From: Hyphomicrobiaceae bacterium
GTDB lineage: Bacteria > Pseudomonadota > Alphaproteobacteria > Rhizobiales > Hyphomicrobiaceae
Direction of reading: 5' to 3'
Assembly (NCBI GenBank): GCA_020638035.1
Contig: JACKJI010000009.1
Coordinates: 15,081-79,080, forward strand
DNA length: 64,000 bases
Shown here piece by piece: positions 19,217 through 28,969 of this stretch (position 1 is its first letter; each line of letters starts with the position of its first letter). The translations under genes and the position numbers were made by a program. The notes under the pieces were generated by a model. It was not told the DNA's origin and ran no database searches. It saw only the letters and a program-made list of their open reading frames with translations.

Positions 19217-20614
19217 ATGACTCTACGGCCTGACCCAACATTCCATGCCTCCCCGAGATTGGCCATGGACGCGCCCCAAGAGGCCTACTGCTACACGTTG
19301 CTGCTGAGCGCGGACCCGTCCAAGCCTGACGCTCTTGCCGTCGTCGACCTCAATCCCAAGTCTCCGACCTACAGCCAGGTCGTTCACACGTTGGAGATGC
19401 CCTTCAAGGGTGATGAGTTTCATCATTTCGGATGGAACGCCTGCTCCTCCGCACTTTCCCCTTTGTCCGCGCATGCTTTCGTCGAGCGACGATATCTCAT
19501 CATCCCGGGGCTCCGATCCTCACGCATCTACGTCGTCGACACCAGGCCGCACCCGACACAGGCCAAAATCCACAGGATCATCGAGAGCAGCGAGGTGCTG
19601 AGAGAAACAGGATATTCGCGCACACACACGGTGCACTGCGGGCCCGAAGGTGTCTACATCGGCGCACTCGGCGGAACGGGCGCGAATGGCATGGGTGGTC
19701 CGCCCGGCCTGTTCCTCATGGACTGCCAGTCATTGGATATCATCGGCCGATGGGAGAAGGAACAAGGGCCGCAGCGCATGTACTATGATTTTTGGTGGAA
19801 CCTGCCGCGCGATTACATGGTTGCAAGCGAATGGGGTCTTCCAATTCAATTCGAAAGCGGTCTCGTCAAGGACGACCTTCTGAACAATCGTTATGGGCAC
19901 CATCTCCACTTCTGGGGACTGCGAAGCAGGCGCCACCTTCAAGCCATTGACCTGGGTGCGAACTACCAGATGGTGCTCGAAGTGCGCCCCGCACATGATC
20001 CTAGCAAGGAGTACGGTTTTGCCGGTGTCGTTATCAACACGGCAACGCTTGAGGGATCGGTCTGGACGTGGTGGCGCGAAGGGGGACGGTTCCACGCCAA
20101 GAAGACGATTTCCATCCCGGCCGAACCCTGTCCCAATGATCGCCTGCCGGAGATTCTCAAAGGATTTGGCGCTGTGCCGCCGCTCCTTGCGGATCTGGCT
20201 CTTTCAATGGATGACCGCCTTCTTTTCGTGTCCTGTTGGGGGACGGGAGAGGTACGCCAGTATGACGTGAGCGATCCTTGGCGGCCGGTACTTGTCAGCC
20301 AGTTGTGGCTCGGTGGCATCGCGCGGCGCACCCGGCACCCCAACGGGAAGTCATTTCCAGGCGGACCGCAGATGCTGGAGCTCAGCCTCGATGGAAAACG
20401 GATCTATTGGACAAATTCGTTCTACTCTACGTGGGACGATCAGTTCTACCCTGGTGGGGTTTCCGGCATCCAGGTCATGGCGCATGTGCGGGGACGTGGC
20501 CTCGAGTACGCCAAAGATTTCTGGGTGACCGCTCCTGATGGTTATCGCGCACACCAGATCCATCTGGAAGGTGGGGACTGCTCGACGGATTCCTTCTGCT
20601 ACCCGTCAACATAG
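19217..20614 (+). CDS. Selenium-binding protein 56 (SBP56/SELENBP1) family, methanethiol oxidase-type, no signal peptide
   Basis: Full-length similarity to SELENBP1: HHFGWNACSS, SSRIYVVD, HTVHCGPEG, GGPQMLELSLDGKRIYWTNSFYSTWDDQFYP and a C-terminal GGDCSTDSF. GGAG lies 8 nt before the ATG. Confidence 0.85.
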   Translation: MTLRPDPTFHASPRLAMDAPQEAYCYTLLLSADPSKPDALAVVDLNPKSPTYSQVVHTLEMPFKGDEFHHFGWNACSSALSPLSAHAFVERRYLIIPGLRSSRIYVVDTRPHPTQAKIHRIIESSEVLRETGYSRTHTVHCGPEGVYIGALGGTGANGMGGPPGLFLMDCQSLDIIGRWEKEQGPQRMYYDFWWNLPRDYMVASEWGLPIQFESGLVKDDLLNNRYGHHLHFWGLRSRRHLQAIDLGANYQMVLEVRPAHDPSKEYGFAGVVINTATLEGSVWTWWREGGRFHAKKTISIPAEPCPNDRLPEILKGFGAVPPLLADLALSMDDRLLFVSCWGTGEVRQYDVSDPWRPVLVSQLWLGGIARRTRHPNGKSFPGGPQMLELSLDGKRIYWTNSFYSTWDDQFYPGGVSGIQVMAHVRGRGLEYAKDFWVTAPDGYRAHQIHLEGGDCSTDSFCYPST

Positions 20615-20616
20615 AT

Positions 20617-21285
20617 ATGGTCGGCATGGATTGGACAGTCGCAGGGCTCTGGGGAGTGGTTGCTCTCAGTGGCGTCTACCACGGAGCCAATCCTGCCATG
20701 GGTTGGCCGCTTGCCGTGTCAGCCGCACTCATGGATCGCACGCCGAGTTCCTTGGCATCCGCATTCTGGCCGCTTGCCGTCGGCCACTTCCTTGCGATGC
20801 TTGTCGTCGTGCTTCCTTTCGCTTTGGTCGTCTCACTCGTCGAATGGAAGTTCCAGATCCGGATCGCTGCGGCGCTCACTGTTATGACGTTCGGGGTCTA
20901 CCGACTTCTCATGCCTCGTCACCCCCGGGCCTTGTCGCGAATACCGCCGTCGCAGCTTGGACTGTGGTCCTTCATGGCTGCGCTCGCACATGGTGCCGGA
21001 CTGATGATCCTCCCGATCTATCTCGGCATTTGCACCTCCGACACCTTGACGCCTGGACATGAAGCCGCCCGCCGCCTGCTGGAAACGCATCTCGCTCTGG
21101 CCGGATTTGTTTCCGCCGTCCACACACTTACGATGGTTCTTACGGGCGGGCTGATGGCATGGCTCGCATATCGCTACCTCGGTCTGAGTTTCATCGCACG
21201 CTCGTGGTTCAACCTGGACGCGGTGTGGGCATCAAGCCTCATCGCAGTCGGCGCGCTCTCTCTCTTTCTGACGCTACTGGGTTAA
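20617..21285 (+). CDS. Polytopic membrane protein with conserved His residues, unknown function
   Basis: The ATG is 2 nt after the SBP56 stop. About 6 hydrophobic segments, with His in or near them (YHGANP, VGHFLAM, LAHGAGLM, AVHTLTM). Confidence 0.6.
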   Translation: MVGMDWTVAGLWGVVALSGVYHGANPAMGWPLAVSAALMDRTPSSLASAFWPLAVGHFLAMLVVVLPFALVVSLVEWKFQIRIAAALTVMTFGVYRLLMPRHPRALSRIPPSQLGLWSFMAALAHGAGLMILPIYLGICTSDTLTPGHEAARRLLETHLALAGFVSAVHTLTMVLTGGLMAWLAYRYLGLSFIARSWFNLDAVWASSLIAVGALSLFLTLLG

Positions 21286-21295
21286 GGGCACATCG

Positions 21296-21709
21296 TCAGC
21301 GCGAGGGGTTGTCTTGCATTCCCGGGTCGATTGGTGTCTCCACATGTCCGCCTGCATCGGCCCAGTCCTTGAATGCTCCGAGGTTGTAAACATTCGGATA
21401 GCCCATCTCCAACAACACCTTGGCGCTCAGCACAGAACGACCACCCGAGGCACAATAGAGAATGTAGGTCCTTTCCCTGGAGAATGCCTGATCATGATAT
21501 TTGCAGCTCGGGTCGGCGCGGAACTCAAGCATGCCCCGCGACACATGGATGGCGCCTGCGATCTTGCCGGTTTTCTCGACCTCAGGAGCGTCCCTGACGT
21601 CAACCACAACAGCTCCGGATTCGGAGATGAGTTGCTCCGCTTTCAACCGGTCGATACGCGGCACCAGCGTTTCCGCACTGCTGATCATGTCCGATACACT
21701 CTTGGTCAT
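21296..21709 (-). CDS. Single-domain rhodanese (sulfurtransferase)
   Basis: Active-site loop YCASGGRS. Start ATG 21709 (MTKSVSDM) is preceded by AGGAA. Confidence 0.8.
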   Translation of the reverse strand: MTKSVSDMISSAETLVPRIDRLKAEQLISESGAVVVDVRDAPEVEKTGKIAGAIHVSRGMLEFRADPSCKYHDQAFSRERTYILYCASGGRSVLSAKVLLEMGYPNVYNLGAFKDWADAGGHVETPIDPGMQDNPSR

Positions 21710-21749
21710 GTACTGTTCCTTCGCTGATTGATCGTTGCCTGGCGCGGGC

Positions 21750-22151
21750 TCAATCATCGGCGCCAACGTGTAATCGATAGGCATCCGCGGTCATCAGAGA
21801 CTGATGATCGATGGCGGAATCGAGAGTGATGCGGATGAGCCAACCGGCGCCGTAACAGTCGCTGTTGGTCAGCGCCGGATCGCCTTCGAGCTCTACATTG
21901 CAAGCAACGATAGTTCCATCCGCCGGAGCGACGAGATCCGAAACGACCTTGGCCGCCTCTATCGTGCCGAACGCGACACCGGCGCTGATGCGCTGCCCAG
22001 CCGCCGGCAGAGAGACACCAACGACGTCACCCAGTTGATCCTGGGCGAAATGGCTGACACCAATGACGGCACCGCCGGGCTCAGCACGTTCTTGAATCCA
22101 GAGATTTTCCGCATGGTAGAGCCGGTCGTCCGGGAATTTCGATGATGCCAT
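21750..22151 (-). CDS. Glycine-cleavage H-like lipoyl-carrier protein (GcvH/LbpA-like)
   Basis: Lipoyl-lysine motif TIEAAKVVSDLVAPADG plus a WLIRI C-terminal motif. Start ATG 22151 (MASSKF). Confidence 0.75.
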   Translation of the reverse strand: MASSKFPDDRLYHAENLWIQERAEPGGAVIGVSHFAQDQLGDVVGVSLPAAGQRISAGVAFGTIEAAKVVSDLVAPADGTIVACNVELEGDPALTNSDCYGAGWLIRITLDSAIDHQSLMTADAYRLHVGADD

Positions 22152-22310
22152 CAGAGGGGACTGCCTTGTCGGTGTTGGGTGTCGCACGCACGCTTAGGCG
22201 CTGCCATGAACCTGGGTCGAGGGAGCCTCAACGCACCGCAGCGAAGTGCACGGCTCGGAAGGCGCGTTGGAGCGATCGCCTCCCGTGTGACTATGGCTGC
22301 ATGAACCTCG

Positions 22311-22853
22311 TCACTCCGCCGCAGCGCCGAGGCTCAACGACTGACCGTTGGCGCTGACCTTGCCGACCACCTCGATCGGACGTTGCAGCGTATCAAGAAC
22401 GGGGCAGTGGCTCTCAACGGCTTGAACGAGTGTTCTGATCTGTTCGGCTGATGCCGAACTCTGGATCAATGTCTCGTAGGAAATTTTCGAGTATCCAGCC
22501 GGCACATTCGGATCGAGCGCGAACAATCCCTTGAGGTCTAGGTGTCCCTTCAGGTTGCATTTCACTGAATCAAGCGGGATTCCCATGACCGCGGCATAGG
22601 CGCTGTACATGACTTCCTGACAGGTGCCGAGCGCGACAAGAATGAGTTCGACCGGGTTCATGCCGGTGTCACCGCCTGCAAGCTCGGGCGGCTCGTCGGT
22701 TATCAAAGGCGGAAAATTACGTACGGTCGCCTTGCACCTGACGTTCTCGACCAGTTCGGTGTCGGCACGGAAAATGACCTTGGATGCATTCGGACTGTTC
22801 TGAATGCCCTCGATCGTCTTGAGCAAGGCTGACTTCACTTGATCCTGGGACAT
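22311..22853 (-). CDS. OsmC/Ohr family peroxiredoxin-like protein
   Basis: Two conserved Cys contexts (ALGTCQ and VESHCPV). Start ATG 22853 is preceded by AGGAGAGGAA. Confidence 0.75.
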   Translation of the reverse strand: MSQDQVKSALLKTIEGIQNSPNASKVIFRADTELVENVRCKATVRNFPPLITDEPPELAGGDTGMNPVELILVALGTCQEVMYSAYAAVMGIPLDSVKCNLKGHLDLKGLFALDPNVPAGYSKISYETLIQSSASAEQIRTLVQAVESHCPVLDTLQRPIEVVGKVSANGQSLSLGAAAE

Positions 22854-22956
22854 GGCGTTCCTCTCCTGCATTTTTCACTTTTTTCAGGAGACGATTACGC
22901 CACGTCGCACCAGTCCTCACAATTCGGGCCACTACCACCGAAACATAGTGGTTTCC

Positions 22957-23601
22957 CTAGCTGGACCGCTTTCCCTCCACCATCGCGGCCACCGGTTCGC
23001 ATTCCAATCTGGACAACATCTTGACCAGATGAACCACGCTGCGTGCGCCCATCTTGGCCATCATGTTCGCGCGATAAACCTCTACCGTCTTGCCGCTCAG
23101 TCCCAGTTCGTGTGCGATCTGCTTGGTGGACTTTCCAGATCCGACCAGTACCGCAATCTCCCGCTCTCGTCGTGTGAGTTGCCCGAAGAGAGAGCGAACC
23201 TTCTTGTCTTGGGCCCATTCAAGCCAGGCGCGCTGCGCCATCTGCAAGGCGTGCTCGGTCCGCTCGATCAGGGCCTGATCGTTGTAGGGCTTCTGGAGGA
23301 AGTCGACGGCTCCGGCGCGCATGGCGCGAACCGCCATCGGCACATCACCATGCCCCGTGACCATGATGATCGGCAGGCGCCAATCGCGCTGTTGCACTTC
23401 GCGCTGAAGTTCCAATCCACTCATGCCAGGCATACGTACATCAAGTATGAGGCACGCCGGCTCACCGGAATAGTCCTCAAGGAATTCGCTGGCCGAGCCA
23501 TAACAGACGACCTCGTGCCCAACAGATTCGAGAAGCCAGCGCAGTGACTCGCGTGCTGCTGCGTCGTCGTCCACCACCAGGACCGAACCTTTATGGTTCA
23601 T
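22957..23601 (-). CDS. Response regulator, FixJ/LuxR (NarL) family
   Basis: Receiver domain ([24 protein letters not shown]) plus a LuxR HTH ([44 protein letters not shown]). Confidence 0.9.
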   Translation of the reverse strand: MNHKGSVLVVDDDAAARESLRWLLESVGHEVVCYGSASEFLEDYSGEPACLILDVRMPGMSGLELQREVQQRDWRLPIIMVTGHGDVPMAVRAMRAGAVDFLQKPYNDQALIERTEHALQMAQRAWLEWAQDKKVRSLFGQLTRREREIAVLVGSGKSTKQIAHELGLSGKTVEVYRANMMAKMGARSVVHLVKMLSRLECEPVAAMVEGKRSS

Positions 23602-24902
23602 TGCAACACCAGGTGCTCGCCGAGGGGCGGCAATTCGAATGCGAAGGACAACCCCTGCCCTGCTTCATGTTGCGCAGCCGACAGATTGCCGCCGTGTGCC
23701 TCTACGATCGACCGACATATGGATAGTCCCATGCCCATGCCGGCCTGCTTGGTCGTGAAGAACGGTGTGAAGAGCTTGCCAATCTCGTCGGGCGGAAGTC
23801 CCGGGCCGGTGTCATCGATGCAGACCCTCGCCATTCCGGTCGATGCGGTGCTTGTGGTGATCCTCATTCTCCGCTGACTCGCAGGAACACATTCCATCGC
23901 TTCAAAGCCGTTGCGAACGATGTTGAGCACCACCTGCTCCAGCTGCGTCCGCTCTCCCAGAACGACAGGCAGGTTGCTGGCCAGCTCACATTCAATGACG
24001 ACGTGTTGAGCGCGCGCCTCGATCTCCGCAATCGATAGGACCTGCCCCACAACATCGTTCATAGACAAGCTCGATACCGTTTCGCCCTCCTTGGATATGA
24101 ACCCGCGCAGGCTGCGGATAATGTTCGCGGCACGTTCCGCTTGCGCGCACACATGCTCCATCGCTGCCGCTACGTCTGCATTCGCCGGACTTCCGCGCAA
24201 TCGTAGGTGCGCACCCCTGGAGTAGTTGGCAATAGCGGTGAGAGGCTGGTTCAGCTCGTGCGCAAGCATTGTCGCAAGTTGCCCCATGGTGTCCATGCGG
24301 GACGCGTGAGCCAACTCGCGATATTCCCGTCTCAGGTGCTGCTCATAGAGCTTTTGCGCACTGATGTTGCGGGTGATCGCCAGGATCGCCGTCACATTGC
24401 CGTCGCCGTCCATCAGCGGCGCGGCGTGAGTTTCCATCCATAAGCGCCGCTTCTTGAGAGAGATGATCTCGAACTCAAGCTTCTTGACCGCCCCGGCATA
24501 CACGGCGTCGGTGAGCAAACGGTAGGCCGGCGCAAAATCGGGAGCGACGAGATCGTAGACAGAAATCCCGATCACCTCGCCCCGCTCATCAGCCTCGACC
24601 AGCCGCAGCCCAGCGGGGTTCATCTCCAGAATTGTGCCATCCCTCGAATGGACTTTGACGCACTCCGGTTCTGTTTCGATGATCTGCCGGAGGTGTCTTT
24701 CGTTCTGTGCAAGCCGGGCTTCGGCAACGTGACGTTCGGCAACCTCTTTCTCGAGAATCGCTTTGGCGGACCGCAATCTCGCATTCAGTCGGGCAACATA
24801 GATCATCACGGCTGCCGCAAGCACTACGAACACCGCGCAAAAAGACTGCCAAAGCCCCAATATAGGCAAGTCCGAAACAATCTCGTTCGCGTTCATTTTC
24901 AT
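23598..24902 (-). CDS. PAS-domain sensor histidine kinase (FixL-like architecture)
   Basis: N-terminal TM segment, PAS region, H-box [11 protein letters not shown], and G-boxes DTGPGL and GMGMGLSI. The stop overlaps the response regulator start (ATGA). Confidence 0.85.
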   Translation of the reverse strand: MKMNANEIVSDLPILGLWQSFCAVFVVLAAAVMIYVARLNARLRSAKAILEKEVAERHVAEARLAQNERHLRQIIETEPECVKVHSRDGTILEMNPAGLRLVEADERGEVIGISVYDLVAPDFAPAYRLLTDAVYAGAVKKLEFEIISLKKRRLWMETHAAPLMDGDGNVTAILAITRNISAQKLYEQHLRREYRELAHASRMDTMGQLATMLAHELNQPLTAIANYSRGAHLRLRGSPANADVAAAMEHVCAQAERAANIIRSLRGFISKEGETVSSLSMNDVVGQVLSIAEIEARAQHVVIECELASNLPVVLGERTQLEQVVLNIVRNGFEAMECVPASQRRMRITTSTASTGMARVCIDDTGPGLPPDEIGKLFTPFFTTKQAGMGMGLSICRSIVEAHGGNLSAAQHEAGQGLSFAFELPPLGEHLVLQ

Positions 24903-24977
24903 AGCCTATAGATCTATTCTTCCAACCTATTTATGACGATCCTTCCGGGATGTTTGGACGCGGCATTGCTTCGTGGA

Positions 24978-24991
24978 TTGATTTATATCAC
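24978..24991. promoter_or_regulatory. FNR/FixK-type box TTGAT-N4-ATCAC
   Basis: TTGATTTATATCAC matches the TTGAT-N4-ATCAA consensus at 9 of 10 positions. It lies 76-89 nt upstream of the kinase start codon in an AT-rich intergenic region. Confidence 0.45.
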
Positions 24992-25060
24992 GCAGAGCTA
25001 ATGGCGTAACGCACTTGATGTCATAAAATTGCGAATTTGATTCCGCGGAACTGATGCGCT

Positions 25061-25100
25061 CCTTCAAACAAGGAGGGAGCAAGACAGTGCTTGCTCCCTC
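25061..25100 (-). terminator. Rho-independent-like terminator downstream of the porin gene
   Basis: An 11-bp stem, GAGGGAGCAAG (25073-25083) with CTTGCTCCCTC (25090-25100), around a 6-nt loop. On the minus strand it is followed by CTTGTTTGAAGG. Confidence 0.5.
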
Positions 25101-25259
25101 AGTCGATGCTGGAATGACGCTAGCTTGGGTGAGCGCCCGTCCGTCAGGGGGAGGCAGACGCGCCAGTCCAACAATTCGTTCTGACTGCCGACGCGAAACC
25201 GCGTTCACGGCAATACGACGTCTTCGCATGGCCTCTTGCAGCCAGGATGTGGCTTCCGC

Positions 25260-26651
25260 TTAGAACGCGATCAGACCACCCACTGTCACGATGTGCAGAT
25301 CATCGAGGTTGTCGAATGCGCCAACAACACCAGGCCCCGACATGTTGGGATCGTAGCTCTTGTAGTTGAGCCAAAGCGACATCGCCGCCGCATCGATTTC
25401 CTGGACTACACCCAGTCCCCACTGGGTGAGCTTGCTGCCGCTGACGCCAAAGGCCGTCAGCGCAGGATGGTACATGTCATCACGCACGCCATACTCACCG
25501 TAGAGTACCGTGTGGCCGAGAGACGACCACTTCCTCCGGAGACCGGCCTTGATATACCAGTTGTGTCCGCTCGGCTGATTGGCCGTGAAAGCCGCCCCCA
25601 ATGCAGGATCAAAGACGTTGTTGTTGTCCTCGATTCCGTAGGCACCATAGAGGAAGAGCCCAGATGCCGTGTGGTGAACGAATGCACCGATCTGGAAATA
25701 GTCGGAGTCGAGGTGAACGGGATGGAATGCCGTGAGCCCGGTGACGATATCAAAGCCCGTGAATTGACTTTCATCCCCGTGATGTGAATAGGCCGCTGCG
25801 ACCGCAAGCTTGATGCCGTTGAACTCTCCCGCATAGCGCAGCGCGACATCCCAGAAGTCATCCTCACCCCAACTCGCTGAGACCGAAAACCCGCCAAATG
25901 TTGGCGAATCGTAGCGAACTGCGTTGGTCGGTATGCCGTCGCAGTCGCCCGCAACAGGCAGCGCTGTCGAACCGCACCACATCAAGGCTCCCGTCGGGAA
26001 CCCGGTTCCATTCGGCAGCACGAGCTGCGTGCCGTTACGCGACAGGTTGATGGCCATGCCGTCGAGAGGAACCCAATTGGCCATGACAAGCGAACCCGAT
26101 CCGTCGACGAGCGCGGCGGCGTGTTGCGATGCCTGCGGGATGAGACCAACACTCACCTGTCCAAGCCGCGTGCTCTTCAGAAACCAGAACGAATAGAGCA
26201 GATCGACCGCGCTGCTGGCCAAGGCGCCATTACCGTTGACGATGCGCAATGCCGAAGGTCCGTCATCACCGAAGCGGGAGTTTCCGGCCGTCAAGGGGTC
26301 CGACGAATTGACTTCAACTTGAATGACGTATCCAGCCGACCACTCAGGGCTAATCGTCGCTGCTCCGGTCAGCTTGAAGTGCGAGTTCAGGGTCGATCCC
26401 ACACCCGTGACGTAGACGTTACTTGCAGCGCCGTTGTCATACCACATCACCTGCTCGGCCACCCATCCTGTGATGGCGAGCGATACCTTGCGATTTCCCT
26501 TGCGCGCTGTCGTAGCTTCAAGTTCGGCTACGCGCTCCTCCAAATCCGCACAGCAGTCCCCACCGAGGTCGGCGGCCTTCACCGCGTGGCCTGCTATAGC
26601 TGTACTCAGAATCCCCCCGAGTGCTGTTGCACAAAGCAAGAGCTTGTTCAT
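25260..26651 (-). CDS. Alphaproteobacterial porin (Porin_2 family)
   Basis: Signal peptide, CCADLEERVAELEATTARKGNRKVSL N-terminal coiled segment typical of Bradyrhizobiaceae porins, alternating beta-strand pattern and a C-terminal ...GGLIAF. Confidence 0.85.
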   Translation of the reverse strand: MNKLLLCATALGGILSTAIAGHAVKAADLGGDCCADLEERVAELEATTARKGNRKVSLAITGWVAEQVMWYDNGAASNVYVTGVGSTLNSHFKLTGAATISPEWSAGYVIQVEVNSSDPLTAGNSRFGDDGPSALRIVNGNGALASSAVDLLYSFWFLKSTRLGQVSVGLIPQASQHAAALVDGSGSLVMANWVPLDGMAINLSRNGTQLVLPNGTGFPTGALMWCGSTALPVAGDCDGIPTNAVRYDSPTFGGFSVSASWGEDDFWDVALRYAGEFNGIKLAVAAAYSHHGDESQFTGFDIVTGLTAFHPVHLDSDYFQIGAFVHHTASGLFLYGAYGIEDNNNVFDPALGAAFTANQPSGHNWYIKAGLRRKWSSLGHTVLYGEYGVRDDMYHPALTAFGVSGSKLTQWGLGVVQEIDAAAMSLWLNYKSYDPNMSGPGVVGAFDNLDDLHIVTVGGLIAF

Positions 26652-27205
26652 CGTTTCGATCCCCTTGTTGTGCTGCTGCGCCGTGCCCCTGGCCTGTCAG
26701 CAGAATTTTTCGCCGTTGTTGAAACCCACAATCACCAGCGCCAGGCCACTGCAAAACGAAAGAAGATCTGGACGGTGCCGGCATGCGAGAAAGGCATGCT
26801 ATTTATGCGGACTTGGCACGAACAACGACAACACGAATCCATGGTTTTGGAGCAATGTGCTTTTCCCTCTGTGCCTTGGTCGTTACACAAATTTTTCAGG
26901 CAAATAACTGGCTCGGCCCGCGGCTATAGAAGGCATTTCATCCGCAAATGAATCGCGATTATTCATTCATGATTGTTATGGGTGTTTGCTCTTTTCACGT
27001 GCGGTCAACCAATGTCGAAGACGAATCGTTGCGGCCTGGATCTGCCAGCAGGCAAATGCGCGCCACGCGATCATCTACGTCTCGGGCAATGTGCCGATCC
27101 CCGAGAAGGTGGATGTCATGCCAGCGGGTAGAGGCATTCACGCGAGCCGTTCGCGCCGGCGCGTAAACCTGAATTGGAATTTGAGGCCACGCGGCGCAGG
27201 AGCGC

Positions 27206-28339
27206 TCAACGCTTGCTGGCGTCATCGCCGTCGAGGGATCGCAGGAATGCGGCGAGCGCTGCCTTCTCATCGGCGGCGAGGTTCAGGCGCACCAGATATC
27301 CGTTGTTGCCAAAATTGGCAGCCGAGCCGCTGCTGTAGTATTCGATCACGTCATCAAGTGTGGCGATTGAACCATCGTGCATATACGGGGGCGTGCGCGA
27401 AACATTGCGGAGACTCGGTGTCTTGTAGGCCCAGCGGTCACTCTCCTTGAGCGTTACTTCAAAGCGGCCGACATCGTTCCGAGGCTTCTCGCCGAAAGCG
27501 TCAATCGTCTCCAGAGACATTTTGGTCTCCACGCCTGGCGCAAGTGGAATGACGTATTCACGTTCCGGTCGCATCGCCGCGCGGTATCCGATTCCGGTGT
27601 TGTGGAACTGATGATCGGTAAGGAGCGCCGAGTCCGGCTCGATGCGGTGGCAGCCGCTGCAGCCGCCTTTGCCGGTGAAAATACGAAATCCAGCAACCTC
27701 CTGTTCGTTCAACAGGTCTTTCTCGGTTCCGTAATACCAGCGGTCGAAGCGCGAGTTCGCAGAGAGCAGTGTCGCCTCGAACGAAGCAATCGCGTCACCG
27801 ACCGAGCGGACTGAAATGCCTTCGCCCGGATAGACCTGCTCGAATTGCACCGTGTAATCCTCAAGCGCACCGATGCGATCGAGGACATGTCCCATGGACG
27901 GATTGGCCATCTCGTCCTCGGCGAGGAGAGGTAGCCATGCTTGCAGATCAAGACGGGATTCACGACCGTCATGAAACAGAGAGCGTTGATAGACGACGTT
28001 GAGCAGCGACGGCGAATTGCGCCTGATCGTGCGCCCCTCCATGCCTATGGCTTTCTTCGACTGCGTCGATGCGAACGCATCCTCCTCAAGATGGCACATG
28101 GCGCATGAAAGCGTATTGTTGAAGGACAGCCGGCGATCGAAGAACAGCCTTCGACCCAATGCGACCTTGGCGACGGAAACGTTCGCGAATTTCAAGGGAA
28201 GCGCTGGCAAACCAAGGGGCACGATAAGTTCCGCGCGCCTTCGCCCGTTCGATGAGGCGTCTCCAGCGCTGAGCGTCTCCGCCAAGGCTGCTCCTGCACA
28301 CACAACGATCATCGACAGAATGACTAGCCTGAATGTCAT
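27206..28339 (-). CDS. Di-haem cytochrome c peroxidase / MauG family
   Basis: Two CxxCH motifs (CAMCH, CSGCH) and a signal peptide beginning at MTFRLVILSMIVV (ATG 28339). Confidence 0.85.
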   Translation of the reverse strand: MTFRLVILSMIVVCAGAALAETLSAGDASSNGRRRAELIVPLGLPALPLKFANVSVAKVALGRRLFFDRRLSFNNTLSCAMCHLEEDAFASTQSKKAIGMEGRTIRRNSPSLLNVVYQRSLFHDGRESRLDLQAWLPLLAEDEMANPSMGHVLDRIGALEDYTVQFEQVYPGEGISVRSVGDAIASFEATLLSANSRFDRWYYGTEKDLLNEQEVAGFRIFTGKGGCSGCHRIEPDSALLTDHQFHNTGIGYRAAMRPEREYVIPLAPGVETKMSLETIDAFGEKPRNDVGRFEVTLKESDRWAYKTPSLRNVSRTPPYMHDGSIATLDDVIEYYSSGSAANFGNNGYLVRLNLAADEKAALAAFLRSLDGDDASKR

Positions 28340-28349
28340 GGCCGGCACC

Positions 28350-28903
28350 TCACGGCTTGGCTCCATCGATTGCTGGCAGGTCCCCGTGTTCGATCAGCAG
28401 AGTACGAATATCGCTTTCGATAACGTCGGGCGTCACGAAGGCTGAGGAATAGATTTCCCGCACCCATGATCTCTTGTCGATGAGATAGAATTTGACTTGG
28501 TGGCTTACGGTTGTCGTTGCATTGCCGTTGGCGTCGAGATCTCGCGCCGCAGCTTGGCCAAAGCTCTCGATGATCGAGCCCAGAAAGCTATCCGACCATG
28601 TGGTCAGGAAGTGCCAGGGTGCTATGCTCTGCGTCGCTCGGCGTCCAGCAGCAAAGATTTCCAATCGCTCTGGTGTGTCGACACGGGGATCGAGGCTGAT
28701 GAGCACCAATCGTACCTTATCGTGGAAATCGGCGTTCTTCTTGACCAGATCGTGGACCGTCTCGAACATCGACCAGATGGACGGGCAACCCTCCGGGTCC
28801 CGGCAGGTCGAGTAGAAGAAGCTCAAGAGCGTGATCTTATCGCTCGTGTATGTGGACAGCCTGTGCGGCCACCATGCGTTGTCCTCCAGCACCCAAGTGC
28901 TGG
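28350..28903 (-). pseudogene. SCO1/SenC-family copper chaperone, 5'-truncated by IS insertion
   Basis: Thioredoxin-fold SCO pattern (ITLLSFFYSTCRDPEGCP...LVLISLDP..DTPE...YLID). The frame stays open up to the IS end at 28904, with no start codon or signal peptide left. Confidence 0.7.
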
Positions 28904-28969
28904 TGACCTGCCCCAGGGTTTTCGGACCATCGATAACTTGAGAGACTGGCCTCCGAATCGGAGGACGGC

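Noticed and set aside
26955-26979. AT-rich GATTATTCATTCATGATTGTTAT as a Fur/Irr-type iron box between the porin and peroxidase genes
   Set aside because: A position-by-position comparison with the 19-bp Fur consensus gives a poor match, and it does not fit the Irr ICE motif. It is probably just AT-rich promoter DNA.
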